Shown in pieces: positions 27,601 to 38,100 of a stretch of 39,180 nt of DNA. Position 1 is the first letter of the stretch; every line of letters begins with the position of its first letter. Origin of the DNA: Bacteroidales bacterium (lineage in GTDB: Bacteria > Bacteroidota > Bacteroidia > Bacteroidales > CAIWKO01); NCBI GenBank assembly GCA_035389045.1, contig DAOORA010000039.1, positions 1 through 39,180 on the forward strand, read 5' to 3'. A program made the translations under genes and the position numbers. The notes under the pieces were generated by a model that searched no databases, had not been told where the DNA came from, and worked only from the letters and a program-made list of their open reading frames with translations.

Positions 27601-28821
27601 AGAAAAGTTTGTGTTCTGTCCTTTGGCAATGGTTGTACTTGCCGGGTGTGACATAACTGCCGGTACAGCATATGTTGTAATAGTTCCGTTGTTGAATACC
27701 GCAGGCAGGACAGCTCCGCCGGAGTCGGTGTATTCTGAATTTCCGGGAGTTGTAATGTCCCAGGTAAGGACACTGTTACCTGATGAATTGGTGAACAGGA
27801 ATTCGATGAGTGTATCGGCTCCTATGCTTGAAGGAGCAGCCGATGCCCACGTGAGATAAATCCTACCGAGCATTTCGTTGACCGACATAGTCCCGCTTGC
27901 GAGTGCGGGGTGAAAATTCTGATAACCGCTGTATGTCATTTTTGCTGTGTCGTATGAGAAAGTGAGCGAAAAGGCTCCGATATCATCAAAATTGCTCACG
28001 GTGACAGGGATTCTTATCCCGACCGGACAAACACTGAATGTTGGCAGGGTGGTGATGACAGGATTCTTGATGCTCAGCAGGGCGGAATCAGAATATTGTT
28101 CGGGGCTGCAGGTTCCTGAAACACGGCAACGGTAAAGGTTTCCATTCATAGATAGCGATGTGGGGTTGATGGTCATGGTGGCCGTGTTGGTTCCGGAATA
28201 GGGCGGCGCGTTAGAAAGGTCGGACCAGGTTACTCCGTTGTCGGAGCTCCCTTGCCAAAGATACACTATCCCGGTCGCAGATCCGTTAATGGTGAAACTG
28301 CCGATTTGTCCGTTCAGAACGCTTTGGTTTGAAGGCTGGGTGTTGATGACAGGAAGCTGATACCGTGTTACGTTTCCTCCGTAATATGAAGAAGGCAGGA
28401 TAGTTCCGCCCGTATTGCTGTATTCACAACTGCCGGGAGTGGTAACGTCCCATGACAAGGCACTTGTTCCGGCCACCGATGTAAAAATGAATTTCACCAA
28501 AGTGTCATTGCCAATGTTGGCAGCAGTATTGCCTGCCCAGCTAAAGAGTATGCTGGTAGTCGTGGCATTCACACTGAGCAGCCCGCTGAGAAGCTGGCTG
28601 TGTACCTGCTGATATCCGGCAAAGGTGAGGTTGCTGTTGTTGTAATTCAATACAAGTGAAATAGCACCAATGTCATTGCAATTGGTCACCGTCACCGGCA
28701 CGATTAAATTATTTGTGCAGGAGGCGGCAGTGACCGCCGTAGTAACAATGGTTTGTGCATTTCCAGCATTACACCAGAGCAGGATTATCAGTAAGGGAAT
28801 TTTAATAACCAAATTTTTCAT
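24604..28821 (-). CDS. T9SS protein: (cohesin-Ig)x3 - cohesin - dockerin-like - cohesin-like - CTD (scaffoldin-like)
   Basis: Four VPV.V.N...G..SL...Y....L.F.G modules alternate with three Y.WQ.S.D.G..W...YRCRVSG.C Ig modules; paired VDAIDV / ANVDNNTAINAIDI EF-hand-like motifs; AYPNPF...GMY CTD. Confidence 0.75.
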   Translation of the reverse strand: MKNLVIKIPLLIILLWCNAGNAQTIVTTAVTAASCTNNLIVPVTVTNCNDIGAISLVLNYNNSNLTFAGYQQVHSQLLSGLLSVNATTTSILFSWAGNTAANIGNDTLVKFIFTSVAGTSALSWDVTTPGSCEYSNTGGTILPSSYYGGNVTRYQLPVINTQPSNQSVLNGQIGSFTINGSATGIVYLWQGSSDNGVTWSDLSNAPPYSGTNTATMTINPTSLSMNGNLYRCRVSGTCSPEQYSDSALLSIKNPVITTLPTFSVCPVGIRIPVTVSNFDDIGAFSLTFSYDTAKMTYSGYQNFHPALASGTMSVNEMLGRIYLTWASAAPSSIGADTLIEFLFTNSSGNSVLTWDITTPGNSEYTDSGGAVLPAVFNNGTITTYAVPAVMSHPASTTIAKGQNTNFSITATGASLSYRWQISIDGGYTWNDLSNVAPYSGTSTATLTVTNAQLNLNGNLYRCRVSGTCNPAVYSNAGKLTVLPNITTICQTFTTCPGNATVVISVNEFIDVASFSLCLGYNQSVMTYTGYQNVHSHISSAGIFSINEINGKIFISWSNTADTTIANGSTLIELLFVSSPGTSNMTWDVVTPGNCEYSNAEGQIVYSTWTNGTLTFQQPPAITSHPVNKTTYGAGSTTFNVTATGTGITYRWQESTDNGLSWHDLSNGAPYSGVTGATLTISPATEVMNGFFYRCRVSGTCPPFAVSNSALLTVTTAAIYASIQNMNYSCNGEIIVPVNVQNCNNVGSMSLALNYDSTKLSFAGYQGLHPSLPAGMLIVNGTGTTVFFSWASTTPANLGNSTLVKLLFTGNAGISTPLTFDAATPGNCEFSDPLGTIITSFYTNATITVSNTYPTYSVYDTAEICNGETYLFNSQILTTAGDYTHVLENIHGCDSIIYLNLIVHPAYEFVTNAEVCDSASYSWRGNIYTVTGTYSDSLLTIHGCDSLYILNLVVRSTCGHLISGKTRYAGRAITGNPAPNPPSYDPVKYNIDNVIIILKTYPAGAEVARDTSNALGIFEFTDVADGNYKLSYDKYTPDTMQMGNAVDAIDVTILKYYIGIDTLVDPSRNFSAKYKKAANVDNNTAINAIDISRIKAKIGSPFLPAKNFPKGNWVALDTMVAVSGADIYLTLKTICYGDYNASSVRYRDSATNWSQVKSVQENIIAVAEEYITTCDASYFEVPLRISTGMNDFSTLGLELNYPGNQYRLVSAAMSKNRDKNSTVKINASLEEILADDNDLLVTDEDGVIRVVYATTNHFDVSANEELIRLGFQSLKEPVAGELKLDLSGTGIIADQYGTESNDAYLVMPKILVQGNQTDGKFDFTAYPNPFLWETTLNYIVPENGTVNLSLFNAIGGLVKELVNEPQAAGKYSLTYTPHKLPCGMYTFKLEFVGVNISKCMVLNLVH

Positions 28822-28832
28822 ACTGGTAATTC

Positions 28833-31800
28833 TTATTCAGTGATCACAAGTCTCATCATTCTGCTGTAAGATTTACTGTTTCGTCCGCATATCATTCTAA
28901 GTATATATACCCCCGGGCTCAGATAAGATGCATCAAGGTTTAGCACGTGTTTTCCTTCTGTATATGCGGTGTTGGTTAGGGTTTTGATTTGTCTGCCCAT
29001 AATATCGGTCAGGTCAATGGTTACAAGGCTTTGTTTTTCGAGATAAAATTCAATACTGGCTTGTTCTTTTATGGGATTAGGATAAACATCTACACTGAAG
29101 TTTCCGGTGTTGAGTTCGTTGGCAAGCGTAGTCAATGAATGGATTTCCGGTACGGCTATCATCACTCCCTGTGCCGGTTGGGCATCAGGATAGGCAAATT
29201 CACTATGTGGAAAAACTGCAAGCAGTATGCCGTTACTCATTCCACTCAGGTTCTTTGCTTTCATCCGTATGGTGAGCACAACTTCGTTGTTGTTGATAAT
29301 CATTGGAGAAGTGCTGCACCAGGCCATTAGGAGTAATCCGTTCTGTGCCGACCAGTATACATTGGTGCTTCCGTTGGCCATGGTTACGCCGAGTATTTCA
29401 AGATAATTATCCGGGAACAGGAATCCGAGTGAAACAGCACCGGCAGACATGCCTGTTTTAAGCCTTACCGGCAGGTCAAATTCGACACCCGACGAGATGT
29501 TTGTCACACCTTCATAAATCAGGTCCACAGAACTTGATTTTGCTCCTGTGGGCTCGTAAGATGCATTGACATCGCCTAAACAAATCATGCGGATATTGTT
29601 GGTGATATGCTGCTGATTTACAAACAGAGAATCAGTGTGATAGAGATAGTCTCCTGCAGGGAAACTGTCGATGAGTGCCGAATAGCGCCTCATTACATAC
29701 ATGGCATCGGTACCATTGATCGTTGAGCTGGCGTTCACATCAGCAGCCGCTTTTTTCATTCCTTCAAGGGTATCGAGATGTGAGAAGTGATTGAGAATCA
29801 TGAGCGCATCGGTAGCATTCCCGCCACCCCAGTCGTCATAAGGGGTGATGTTCATTTTATAAATTCCTGAAGGAATGTTATTGAAAGCATATGCACCAGT
29901 AGTATTGGTATTTGTTGTGGCTTGTACCACACCGGCGAAATTTTCTATCTCCATCAGGGCATTCTTCATGGGAGAATCAATAGCGTTGGCATATAAAACA
30001 ACTCCATCCATAAGCGTGCTGTCGGCTGGCAACGTGGGAATCGCTGCAGCATCCATGAAAAATACAATTCCTTTGGCCGGATTATCAAACCTGTCATAAA
30101 TGAGATTGGTGATCATCGCTGAATCAGAAGTACCCCAGAAGTTGTAACGCGCCTGTATATTGGATGTGGAATTGTTGTATATTTCATATCCCCCGTTGTT
30201 GTAAATGTTGTTGGTGAATGAAGTGTCGTTGCCGATGACCGGGGCGCTGGTTCCGTCAAGGTATATTCCGATACCGGGATGATTGGTAATGGTCGTGTTG
30301 TGAATAGCGGCCGGCGAGGAATTATAAAGTCTCAACCCCTGATCCAGTGAATGGTGTATGTAACAGTCCTCTAAAGCCGGAGTATTTGTTGATTCGCACA
30401 AAATATTATAATTATTTCCCTGTTCAATTACGCAGTATTTCAGTGATGAAGCAGCGCCGTTCAAATCGCTGTAGTCATGGAAATATATTCCTTCCCAGCC
30501 GCCCGGGGTGTTGTTGTATGCCTTGAATGTGATCAGGCTGTCTGCGGTTCCTGTCGCCGATACATTTCCTGTATAGGCGCCTCCGGAATAATATCCAACC
30601 TGTAATTTTTTACCGGGATTGAATAATAAATGGCATCCGGCCTGAATACCAAGTATGATATGTGGATCATAAGCATAATTTCCAAATATAAAATCATTTA
30701 ATATGTGATATGGAATCCCTTCATTGTAAAGGAGAAAACTGCCACCATAAGTGCCCCCTGAAAGGGCAATATAATTCAGGGTATTGCCGGTATATGTATT
30801 ATTATCCGGTATAATTCTGGCATTTACGTTCATAAATTGTACAGGGTAAGCTCCGTTATTTGCGAAACTGCAGTTCTTGTATTGTATGTTTGCAGTGCTA
30901 AGGCGTAATCCGTCATTAATTGCATTTCTGATTGTACAGTTCTCTATAACCGGAGTGTTTGTTGATTCGCAAAAAATATTGTAATTATTTCCCTGCTCGA
31001 TCACGCAATATTGGAGCGAAGTAACAGCGCCATTCATGTCGCTGTAATCGTAAAAATATATTCCTTCCCATCCCCCCGGAGTGTTGTTGTATGCTTTGAA
31101 TGTGATCAGGCTGTCCGCGGTTCCTGTCGCCAGTACATTTCCTGTATAAGCACCTCCGGAATAATATCCTACCTGAAATTTTTTACCGGGATTGAATAAT
31201 AAGGTGCATCCGGCCTGAATTTCAAGTGTAATATGGGGATCGTAAGCGTAATTTCCCCACTGAAAATCGTTTAATATATAGTACGGAATTCCTTCATTAT
31301 ATAAATAAAGATTTCCGGTATAAGATCCTCCTGAAAGTCCGATATAATTCAGGGTATTGGCGGAATACGTATTATTATCCGGAATTATTCTGGCAGACAC
31401 ATTCATCAACTGCACCGGGTAGGCTCCGTTGTTCAGGAAACTGCAGTTTTTGTACTGAATTGTCGCTCCATTAAGACGTAATCCGTCATTCAGGGCGTTT
31501 CTGATGATACAGTTTTCCAAAACCGGAGTGTTTGTTGCGTCGCAATAAATGTTATACGTGTTTCCCTGTTCAATCACGCAGTATTTCAGGGATGAAGCAG
31601 CGCCGCTCATATCGCTGTAATCGTGGAAATAAATACCTTCCCACCCGCCCGGAGCGTTGTTATAAGCCTTGAATGTGACAAGGCTGTCTGCATTCCCTGT
31701 TACGGACAAATTTCCTGTATACTGTCCGCCGGAATAATACCCCACTTGCAGCTTTTTTCCGGAATTAAACTCCAGGGTGCAACCGGGATCAATAGCTAGA

Positions 31801-34637
31801 GAGATGTGGGTTTCGGTATAGTAATTTCCAATCTGAAGGTCATTCAGGATATGATAATGAATGCCATTATTATGAAATAGTTTATTCACCGTGATGTTCC
31901 CGCCGGCATAAGCAATAAAGTCAGGTGTATTTCCCGAATACGTGTTGTTTATGAGTACTTCCTGAGAGTTTGGGTTTGCAATGTAGATCGGGTAGCTGCC
32001 GTTATTCAGTAACTGACAGGTGTTTATTTCGGGCGCAAGCGCAGTGTTCATCCATATCCCATAATTACCGTTATTCCTGATATAACAGTTTTGAACAAGG
32101 CCTCTTGCGTTGTTAAAACGGATACCATCCTGCGAAGCATACTGAACCGAGCTGTTTTTAAGCTGGAAATAGGTGCCGTCCGCATATATGTTGTATGCGC
32201 TTCCTTTTTCGATGGCGCAATAATCTAAAACAGATGTTGTTGAGGAGTATGCGTCACTGTTGTTATGGAAAAATATTCCGTCCCATCCGCCGGGATTTCC
32301 ATTCCATGAGGTAAATGTTATAGGTTGCGCTGATGTGCCGATGGCGTAAAGTTCACCACCGTTATAATCGCCTGCCACCTGAATTCCGGCGCCGGTTTCG
32401 CCCTTGATGATGTTTCCCGGCTCAATGGTGAGGCGAACAGCAGGGTTGTTGGCAATGACGACATCTCCAAGAATTATGTAATCGTAAGACACATGATTCC
32501 ACACCTTGCTCGTTGTTGTAATGGTGCCGCCGTTTATGCATATCCCGTTATAGGTGTTGCCGGTCAGGGCAGGACTGCCATTGGGCTCATAGAAAGTATA
32601 ATTTGGCGATTCATAATGGATTCCGTAAAGGTTGCCCGAAATGGTTGTTGTGGTGTAATTGGGTATGGATGCGGTAGAGGTCAGGTATACACCGGCAGCT
32701 CCGTTGTTATGGATAAGACTGTTGATCATAGTGGGGCTGGATGTGGTTAGCGACAGGCCGTTGCTGCCGTTATGGTGTGTGCTGGTATTTTCGATCTGTA
32801 GATGGGCTGAAACAAGCCGTAATCCGTTCGTTGAAGATTTTCTTATGTTGCAGTGGTTCAGATAAGGTTCGCTGGTGCTGTTGCAGTATAGGTTGGCTGC
32901 GATGGAGCCTGTGCCGGCATTGGAGATTACCGTATAATAAAATTGCGATGACACCCCTTCGTCACTGGATGAATTAAAATATATTCCGTCCCACATGCCC
33001 GGCTCGTCCAGGTAGCCGGTAAAAACCACAGAATCGCCTGAAATACCGTTGCAGATAAGGTTGGCAGCGCCAACTTCCATATTGGTGCCCGGCAGAAATA
33101 TAAGAACCGTTCCGGCCTGAAATGTATGAGTGCCGGCAGTAAATGAAATGTTTCCTGTCACCCAATATGGGCTGGATGCTTTGGTGAATGTGGTCACTGC
33201 GTTCAGATTTCCTGTTAGCTGGGTTCCCGGTGTTGATAAGCTAAGGTCTGACAGGGTGGCATTGCCGGCGCCCGTGCTTGTGAAGGTAACTTTATATTGC
33301 AGATACCTCGCTGAATCGTTGACAATCACTGGGCTCGATGAAGAAGTAACGCTCCAGTTGCTCCAGATGTTATCATCATCGGCAGTCCGGTAGGACACAA
33401 GAATATCACTCCCTGCGCCAAGTATTTCGTTGTAGACAAGAGAAGAAACCAACCGCTTTGCGCCCAGTTCAGTGAAGGTGGTGGATATAAACTGACCGCT
33501 GAGTTTCCTGTTTGCCGAAAGTGTCAGCGGGGCATAACGTGAATTCTGTGTGGGTGTACCCGAAAGGTTATCCCCTCCGCAGTAAAGGATCTGCCCGTTA
33601 GCCGAAAAAGCGGCGCCGTTCATGGTATAGTCGTACATGTCGCTTCCGGCATTCCATACAAGCGGGGAGGATTTTATATTGGCAAAATATACACTTTTTG
33701 TTGCCGTTCCGCCTGCTTCACCAGCCAAAACAGTGATTATTCCGTTGATGACTGCTGAGGAATGGCGGCTGACATTCACTGGCAATGCTGTTTCGGCCGA
33801 CCAGACGCTGAGGGTTCCGTCAGCTCCCGATGTGGCTTTATAAACGGTACTGACATCAGCGCCGCCGTTAGCAAACCCGCCAAGCACATAAATATCATCA
33901 TTGTCACGTACCATGGAATGTCCGTTACGTGCTGCCGGCAGCGACGTTGTCGTGGAAAACGATGAAAGGGTATTGTCGGCAAGCACTTTGGCATAATAAA
34001 CGGTATTGACAGCTGCTGTTGACGTGGTGTCTCCGGCGCCACCGGCGACATATATATATCCGTTGCAGTAAACTGCGGTATGGCCGCAACGCGCAGCAGG
34101 GAGCGATACCGCAGAAGTCTGCCAGCTGCCGATGGATCCGTCGGAGTTTATAGCAGCATGATAAATAGTACTGACCGGTGTGCTGCTGTTTCTTCCGCCG
34201 ATTATGTACAGAGTGTTGTTTCCAATGACAACGGCATGCTCGCTCAGTGCGGCAGGCATCGATGCCAGGGTTGTCCAGGAACTGATGCCGGAGGTGTTGA
34301 TAGTTGCCCGGTAAACAGCAGCAGAATACGAAACGCCGTTGTACCCTCCGGTAACATAAACATAGCGGTTGTTCCAACTTGCCAGGCCGTGTCCGGAAAG
34401 CGTCTGTGGTAAAACGGTAGTGGTAAGCCAGCTGTTGACGGCTGTCGCCTGATAAGGCAATGATACATTATCAGAGATCAGCATGTCATTGTACTGTCCT
34501 TTCCAGAAATCTGCGTTTGAGGTGTGAGTGAATAATACCTGTGCTGAAATGCTAACAGACAGGATAACGCATAACAACATTGTTGCCGCCAGTCTTTTTA
34601 ATACGGACATTTGTCCAAATGATAAATAATAATGCAT
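28833..34637 (-). CDS. T9SS protein: Kelch propeller - parallel beta-helix repeats - dockerin-like - cohesin-like - CTD
   Basis: YVTGG/YIIGG/YVAGG/YVLGG Kelch blades; GWEGIYF and NC.I.N...G. beta-helix repeats; NATDAL / ADVNASSTINGTDA; VYPNP...PGVYILR. The true start may be a later Met. Confidence 0.8.
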   Translation of the reverse strand: MHYYLSFGQMSVLKRLAATMLLCVILSVSISAQVLFTHTSNADFWKGQYNDMLISDNVSLPYQATAVNSWLTTTVLPQTLSGHGLASWNNRYVYVTGGYNGVSYSAAVYRATINTSGISSWTTLASMPAALSEHAVVIGNNTLYIIGGRNSSTPVSTIYHAAINSDGSIGSWQTSAVSLPAARCGHTAVYCNGYIYVAGGAGDTTSTAAVNTVYYAKVLADNTLSSFSTTTSLPAARNGHSMVRDNDDIYVLGGFANGGADVSTVYKATSGADGTLSVWSAETALPVNVSRHSSAVINGIITVLAGEAGGTATKSVYFANIKSSPLVWNAGSDMYDYTMNGAAFSANGQILYCGGDNLSGTPTQNSRYAPLTLSANRKLSGQFISTTFTELGAKRLVSSLVYNEILGAGSDILVSYRTADDDNIWSNWSVTSSSSPVIVNDSARYLQYKVTFTSTGAGNATLSDLSLSTPGTQLTGNLNAVTTFTKASSPYWVTGNISFTAGTHTFQAGTVLIFLPGTNMEVGAANLICNGISGDSVVFTGYLDEPGMWDGIYFNSSSDEGVSSQFYYTVISNAGTGSIAANLYCNSTSEPYLNHCNIRKSSTNGLRLVSAHLQIENTSTHHNGSNGLSLTTSSPTMINSLIHNNGAAGVYLTSTASIPNYTTTTISGNLYGIHYESPNYTFYEPNGSPALTGNTYNGICINGGTITTTSKVWNHVSYDYIILGDVVIANNPAVRLTIEPGNIIKGETGAGIQVAGDYNGGELYAIGTSAQPITFTSWNGNPGGWDGIFFHNNSDAYSSTTSVLDYCAIEKGSAYNIYADGTYFQLKNSSVQYASQDGIRFNNARGLVQNCYIRNNGNYGIWMNTALAPEINTCQLLNNGSYPIYIANPNSQEVLINNTYSGNTPDFIAYAGGNITVNKLFHNNGIHYHILNDLQIGNYYTETHISLAIDPGCTLEFNSGKKLQVGYYSGGQYTGNLSVTGNADSLVTFKAYNNAPGGWEGIYFHDYSDMSGAASSLKYCVIEQGNTYNIYCDATNTPVLENCIIRNALNDGLRLNGATIQYKNCSFLNNGAYPVQLMNVSARIIPDNNTYSANTLNYIGLSGGSYTGNLYLYNEGIPYYILNDFQWGNYAYDPHITLEIQAGCTLLFNPGKKFQVGYYSGGAYTGNVLATGTADSLITFKAYNNTPGGWEGIYFYDYSDMNGAVTSLQYCVIEQGNNYNIFCESTNTPVIENCTIRNAINDGLRLSTANIQYKNCSFANNGAYPVQFMNVNARIIPDNNTYTGNTLNYIALSGGTYGGSFLLYNEGIPYHILNDFIFGNYAYDPHIILGIQAGCHLLFNPGKKLQVGYYSGGAYTGNVSATGTADSLITFKAYNNTPGGWEGIYFHDYSDLNGAASSLKYCVIEQGNNYNILCESTNTPALEDCYIHHSLDQGLRLYNSSPAAIHNTTITNHPGIGIYLDGTSAPVIGNDTSFTNNIYNNGGYEIYNNSTSNIQARYNFWGTSDSAMITNLIYDRFDNPAKGIVFFMDAAAIPTLPADSTLMDGVVLYANAIDSPMKNALMEIENFAGVVQATTNTNTTGAYAFNNIPSGIYKMNITPYDDWGGGNATDALMILNHFSHLDTLEGMKKAAADVNASSTINGTDAMYVMRRYSALIDSFPAGDYLYHTDSLFVNQQHITNNIRMICLGDVNASYEPTGAKSSSVDLIYEGVTNISSGVEFDLPVRLKTGMSAGAVSLGFLFPDNYLEILGVTMANGSTNVYWSAQNGLLLMAWCSTSPMIINNNEVVLTIRMKAKNLSGMSNGILLAVFPHSEFAYPDAQPAQGVMIAVPEIHSLTTLANELNTGNFSVDVYPNPIKEQASIEFYLEKQSLVTIDLTDIMGRQIKTLTNTAYTEGKHVLNLDASYLSPGVYILRMICGRNSKSYSRMMRLVITE
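30380..32000 (-). repeat. 573-bp (191-aa) intragenic repeat, about 3 near-identical copies
   Basis: cttccca (WEG) anchor at 30491, 31064 and 31637. Confidence 0.85.
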
Positions 34638-34712
34638 GGGTTTAAAAATTAGTTTGTGAATAAATAATTTATTTTAAGTTGATATTTTAAAGTTTAACTT
34701 TCAAAACAATAA

Positions 34713-34720
34713 CAAATTTA
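34713..34720 (-). promoter_or_regulatory. Possible -7 promoter element for the 1934-aa gene
   Basis: TAAATTTG on the minus strand ~75 nt upstream of the ORF; the -33 element is imperfect. Confidence 0.4.
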
Positions 34721-34817
34721 ATTAATAAAATTTAAAAATGATACAATTTTATAGAATTTAACATATATTTTTAAGTTATGGTATTTGTATTTGTTGTGTT
34801 CTAAATTCTCCAGGGAT

Positions 34818-35093
34818 CCCGTCATGCGAAGCTTACGACTTCGCAATCCCTAAATTGTCAGTCCGCGATTAACCGGATTTGGGCTAACAGTACCATGGTG
34901 ATAGTGAAATCAGAACTAATGCAAAGGCATCCTGGCGTTTCCACACCGAATTGCGGAAACACTATCGCCTTTCAGTTTTTTTTGTTTTTTCACAGGGTGG
35001 TTGAACGCAGCCGCCCCCCGTTATGTGAAGCGTATGACTTCGCAATCCATATTTTGTTCGTCTGCTATTAATCAGATTCCGGCAAACAGTACC
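34818..35093. repeat. Two ungapped 77-nt direct repeats (34818-34894 and 35017-35093) with conserved hairpins; candidate structured RNA/regulatory element
   Basis: 61/77 identical by manual alignment; compensatory changes in stems. Confidence 0.75.
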
Positions 35094-35099
35094 CTTGAT

Positions 35100-35137
35100 A
35101 AAAAAAGAAGCTGTCCCATTTCGGCACAGCTTCTTTC
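35100..35137 (-). terminator. Intrinsic terminator of the FN3-repeat gene
   Basis: Minus strand AAAGAAGCTGT-GCCGAAATGGG-ACAGCTTCTTTTTTT, ~20 nt after the stop. Confidence 0.85.
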
Positions 35138-35155
35138 TGGTTTATGGCAGATCGC

Positions 35156-38100
35156 TTATCTCATGATAACGATCTTTTGTAACTCGTTGATGTTTTTCCC
35201 CTGAATATGAACAAAATAGACACCATTCTTCAGGTTGCTGACATCAAGGTCAAGAGTTTCTTTACCCGGTAGCACAGTTTTATCATATTTCTGAACCACT
35301 GAGCCGAATTTATCGGTAATAACAAAACTCATTTTTGTTTCCACTTCATTGTTCATATCCAGGTAAAACTTATGATCCGCAACCGGATTAGGATATATGA
35401 CAATGGGAGTAAGTGTGTGGAAATAAACCATTGCGGACCATAGACTGACATTGTTTGATCCTAAGTTTGTGGAACATACTGATCTGACCTGCCATTCGTA
35501 ATGTGTACCGCCGGTAAGGTTTGTCAAGGTGATGGAAGTGTTTTGAACAGTAACCGTAGTCCATGCAGATACCGGAGTTGTCACAGGACGGTATTGTACA
35601 ATGTAGGCCAGAGCCCCTGCCGGTGCTGTCCAGGACAGTGTTGCTCCGGTGGATGTTATATTGCTTGTGGTTAAATCGGTCGGAGTATTACAGGGAACGG
35701 TACATGGCAAAGTTGTAAAAGTAATACTTTGTGAATACGTATATGAAATATTCGGACCGCAATGAGCAGCAACCTGCCATTCGTATTGAGTACCACAGGT
35801 CAGATTGGATAATGTTACCGAGGTGCCCGAACTGTATATGTTGATCCAGGTCGAAGCGGGATTGGTCACCGGACGGTACTGAACCACATAAACATAGGCG
35901 CCTGTAACCGCTGTCCATGAGAGTGTGGCCCCGGTTGCAGAGATATTGCTTGTCGTTAAACCTGCCGGAGGGTTGCATGGTGTGACACAGGCCGGGGTTG
36001 AAAATGTGATACCGGGTGAGTAAGTGCTGATGCTGTTTGTGTCACAATAAGTAGCAACCTGCCATTCATAGTGTGTTCCGCAGGTCAGATTGGATAAAGT
36101 AACAGAGGTCGTTTGAGTCGTACTAATAATCCATGCAGACAAAGGATTTGTCACAGGACGGTAACGGATCAGATAGTTCAGAGCGCCTGTAACTGGTGTC
36201 CACGTGAGGGTAGCGCCGGTCGTTGTGATATTGTTTGTTACCAGGCCGGTTGGGGGAGCACAGAGTGTCTGACAGGCCAAAGTTGCAAAAGTGACTACCG
36301 GAGAATAAGCGCTGATAGCATTTGAACCGCAATTGGAAGCAACCTGCCATTCGTATTGACTGCCGCAGGTGAGGTTCGATAATACCAGTGAGGTCGTTAA
36401 ACTGTAGACATGTGACCATGCAGATACAGGAACGGTTACGGGGCGATATCGAACCATATAGGCTATTGCTCCTGGAACTGCTGTCCATGAGACTGTGGCG
36501 CCTGTGGTCGTGATATTGCCTGTTGTTAAACCTGTCGGGGGCGAACAGGGACTGATGCAGGGCAATGTTGAAAAAGTGACAATAATTGAAAAAGCGCTCA
36601 TATGATTCGGAGATGTTCCGCAATACGAAGCAACCCTCCACTCATATTGTCTGCCACAGGTGAGATTGGATAACGTAACCGTGGTATTTTGAGCTGTAAT
36701 ATTAGTCCATGCTGAAACGGGAGTGGTCACCGGGCGGTACTGAATCCTGTATGCTAAAGCTCCGGCAGGTGCGGTCCACGAAAGAATTGCACTGTGGGCT
36801 GTAATCATGCTTGTTGTTAAATTTGTCGGAGGGTTACACGGCGTAATACATGGCAGTGTTGAAAAAATTATGCTTTGCGAATACATACTTATGATGCCAT
36901 TACCACAATAGGAAGCAACCCGCCATTCATATGATCTGCCACAAGTCAAATTATGTAAGCTTAGTGTCGGGTTTTGTGTTGTGACATTGTTCCATTGTGA
37001 AACGGGGGTGGTCACCGGGCGGTACTGTACTCTGTAAGCCAGCACTCCTGGGATAGCTGTCCATGAAAGCGTGGCGCCTGAACTGGTGATATTGGTCGTC
37101 GTCAGACCCGTAGGAGGATTACAGGGTGTGATACATGGTAATGTTGAGAAGGTTATGATTTGGGAATAAATGCTCATTTGATTCGGAGATGTTCCGCAGT
37201 AGGAAGCAATCCGCCATTCATATGCCGTGCCACAGGTCAGATTAGTTAAGGTGATAGAAGTATTTTGAGCAGTAAGACTGATCCATGAAGAAACAGGATT
37301 CGTAACTGGCCGGTATTGTATCATATAGGCCAGTGCACCTGCAGATGCCGTCCACGAAAGAGTAGCGCCTGTCATCGTGATATTGCTGGTTGTTAAGCTT
37401 GTCGGAGGGTTACACGGAACCGTACAAGGCAAAGTTGAAAAGGTAATGATTGGTGAAAAAATGCTTACCTGGCTGAGAGAATTTCCGCAATACGAAGCAA
37501 CCCGCCATTCATATTGAGTGCCACAGGCCAGGTTGGTCAATGCAAATAGGGTGGCTTGCGTGGTAACATTGATCCATGCCGATGCTGGATAGGTTACCGG
37601 GCGGTATTGAATTCTGTAAGCGAGTGCTCCCGTAGCCGCGGTCCACGAAAGAGTTGCTCCTGTGGCGGTGATATTGCTTGTTGTTAATCCTGTTGGGGGC
37701 ACACATGGATTGGTACAGGACAGTGTTGAAAAATTAACACTTTGTGAATATGAACTGGTGATGCCATTGCCGCAATAGGATGCAACATGCCATTCATAGG
37801 GTGTGCCGCAAGTCAGGTTGGATAAGGTAAGTGACGTGGTTTGAACTGTTAAATTTATCCATGGTGAAACAGGATTTGTCACTGGTCTGTATTGAACCAC
37901 AAAAGCAAGGGAGCCTGTGGGTGCAGTCCAGGAAAGAACAGCGCTTGATGTGGTAATCATACTCGTTGTTAATCCGGTGGGGGGGATACAGGGAACAATG
38001 CACGGTAGTGTTGAGAATGTGACACTCTGAGAGAAAGCGCCTATACTGCCATAGGTACAAATTGAAGCCACCTGCCATTCATATTGTGTGCCGCAGGTCA

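Noticed and set aside
34818..35093. CRISPR array or known c-di-GMP/SAM/cobalamin riboswitch
   Set aside because: Only two 77-nt copies and no cas genes; the conserved cores of those riboswitch classes were not matched by eye
35001..35204. 67-aa plus-strand ORF
   Set aside because: Overlaps the structured repeat, a terminator and the end of the FN3 gene; TTG start and no motif
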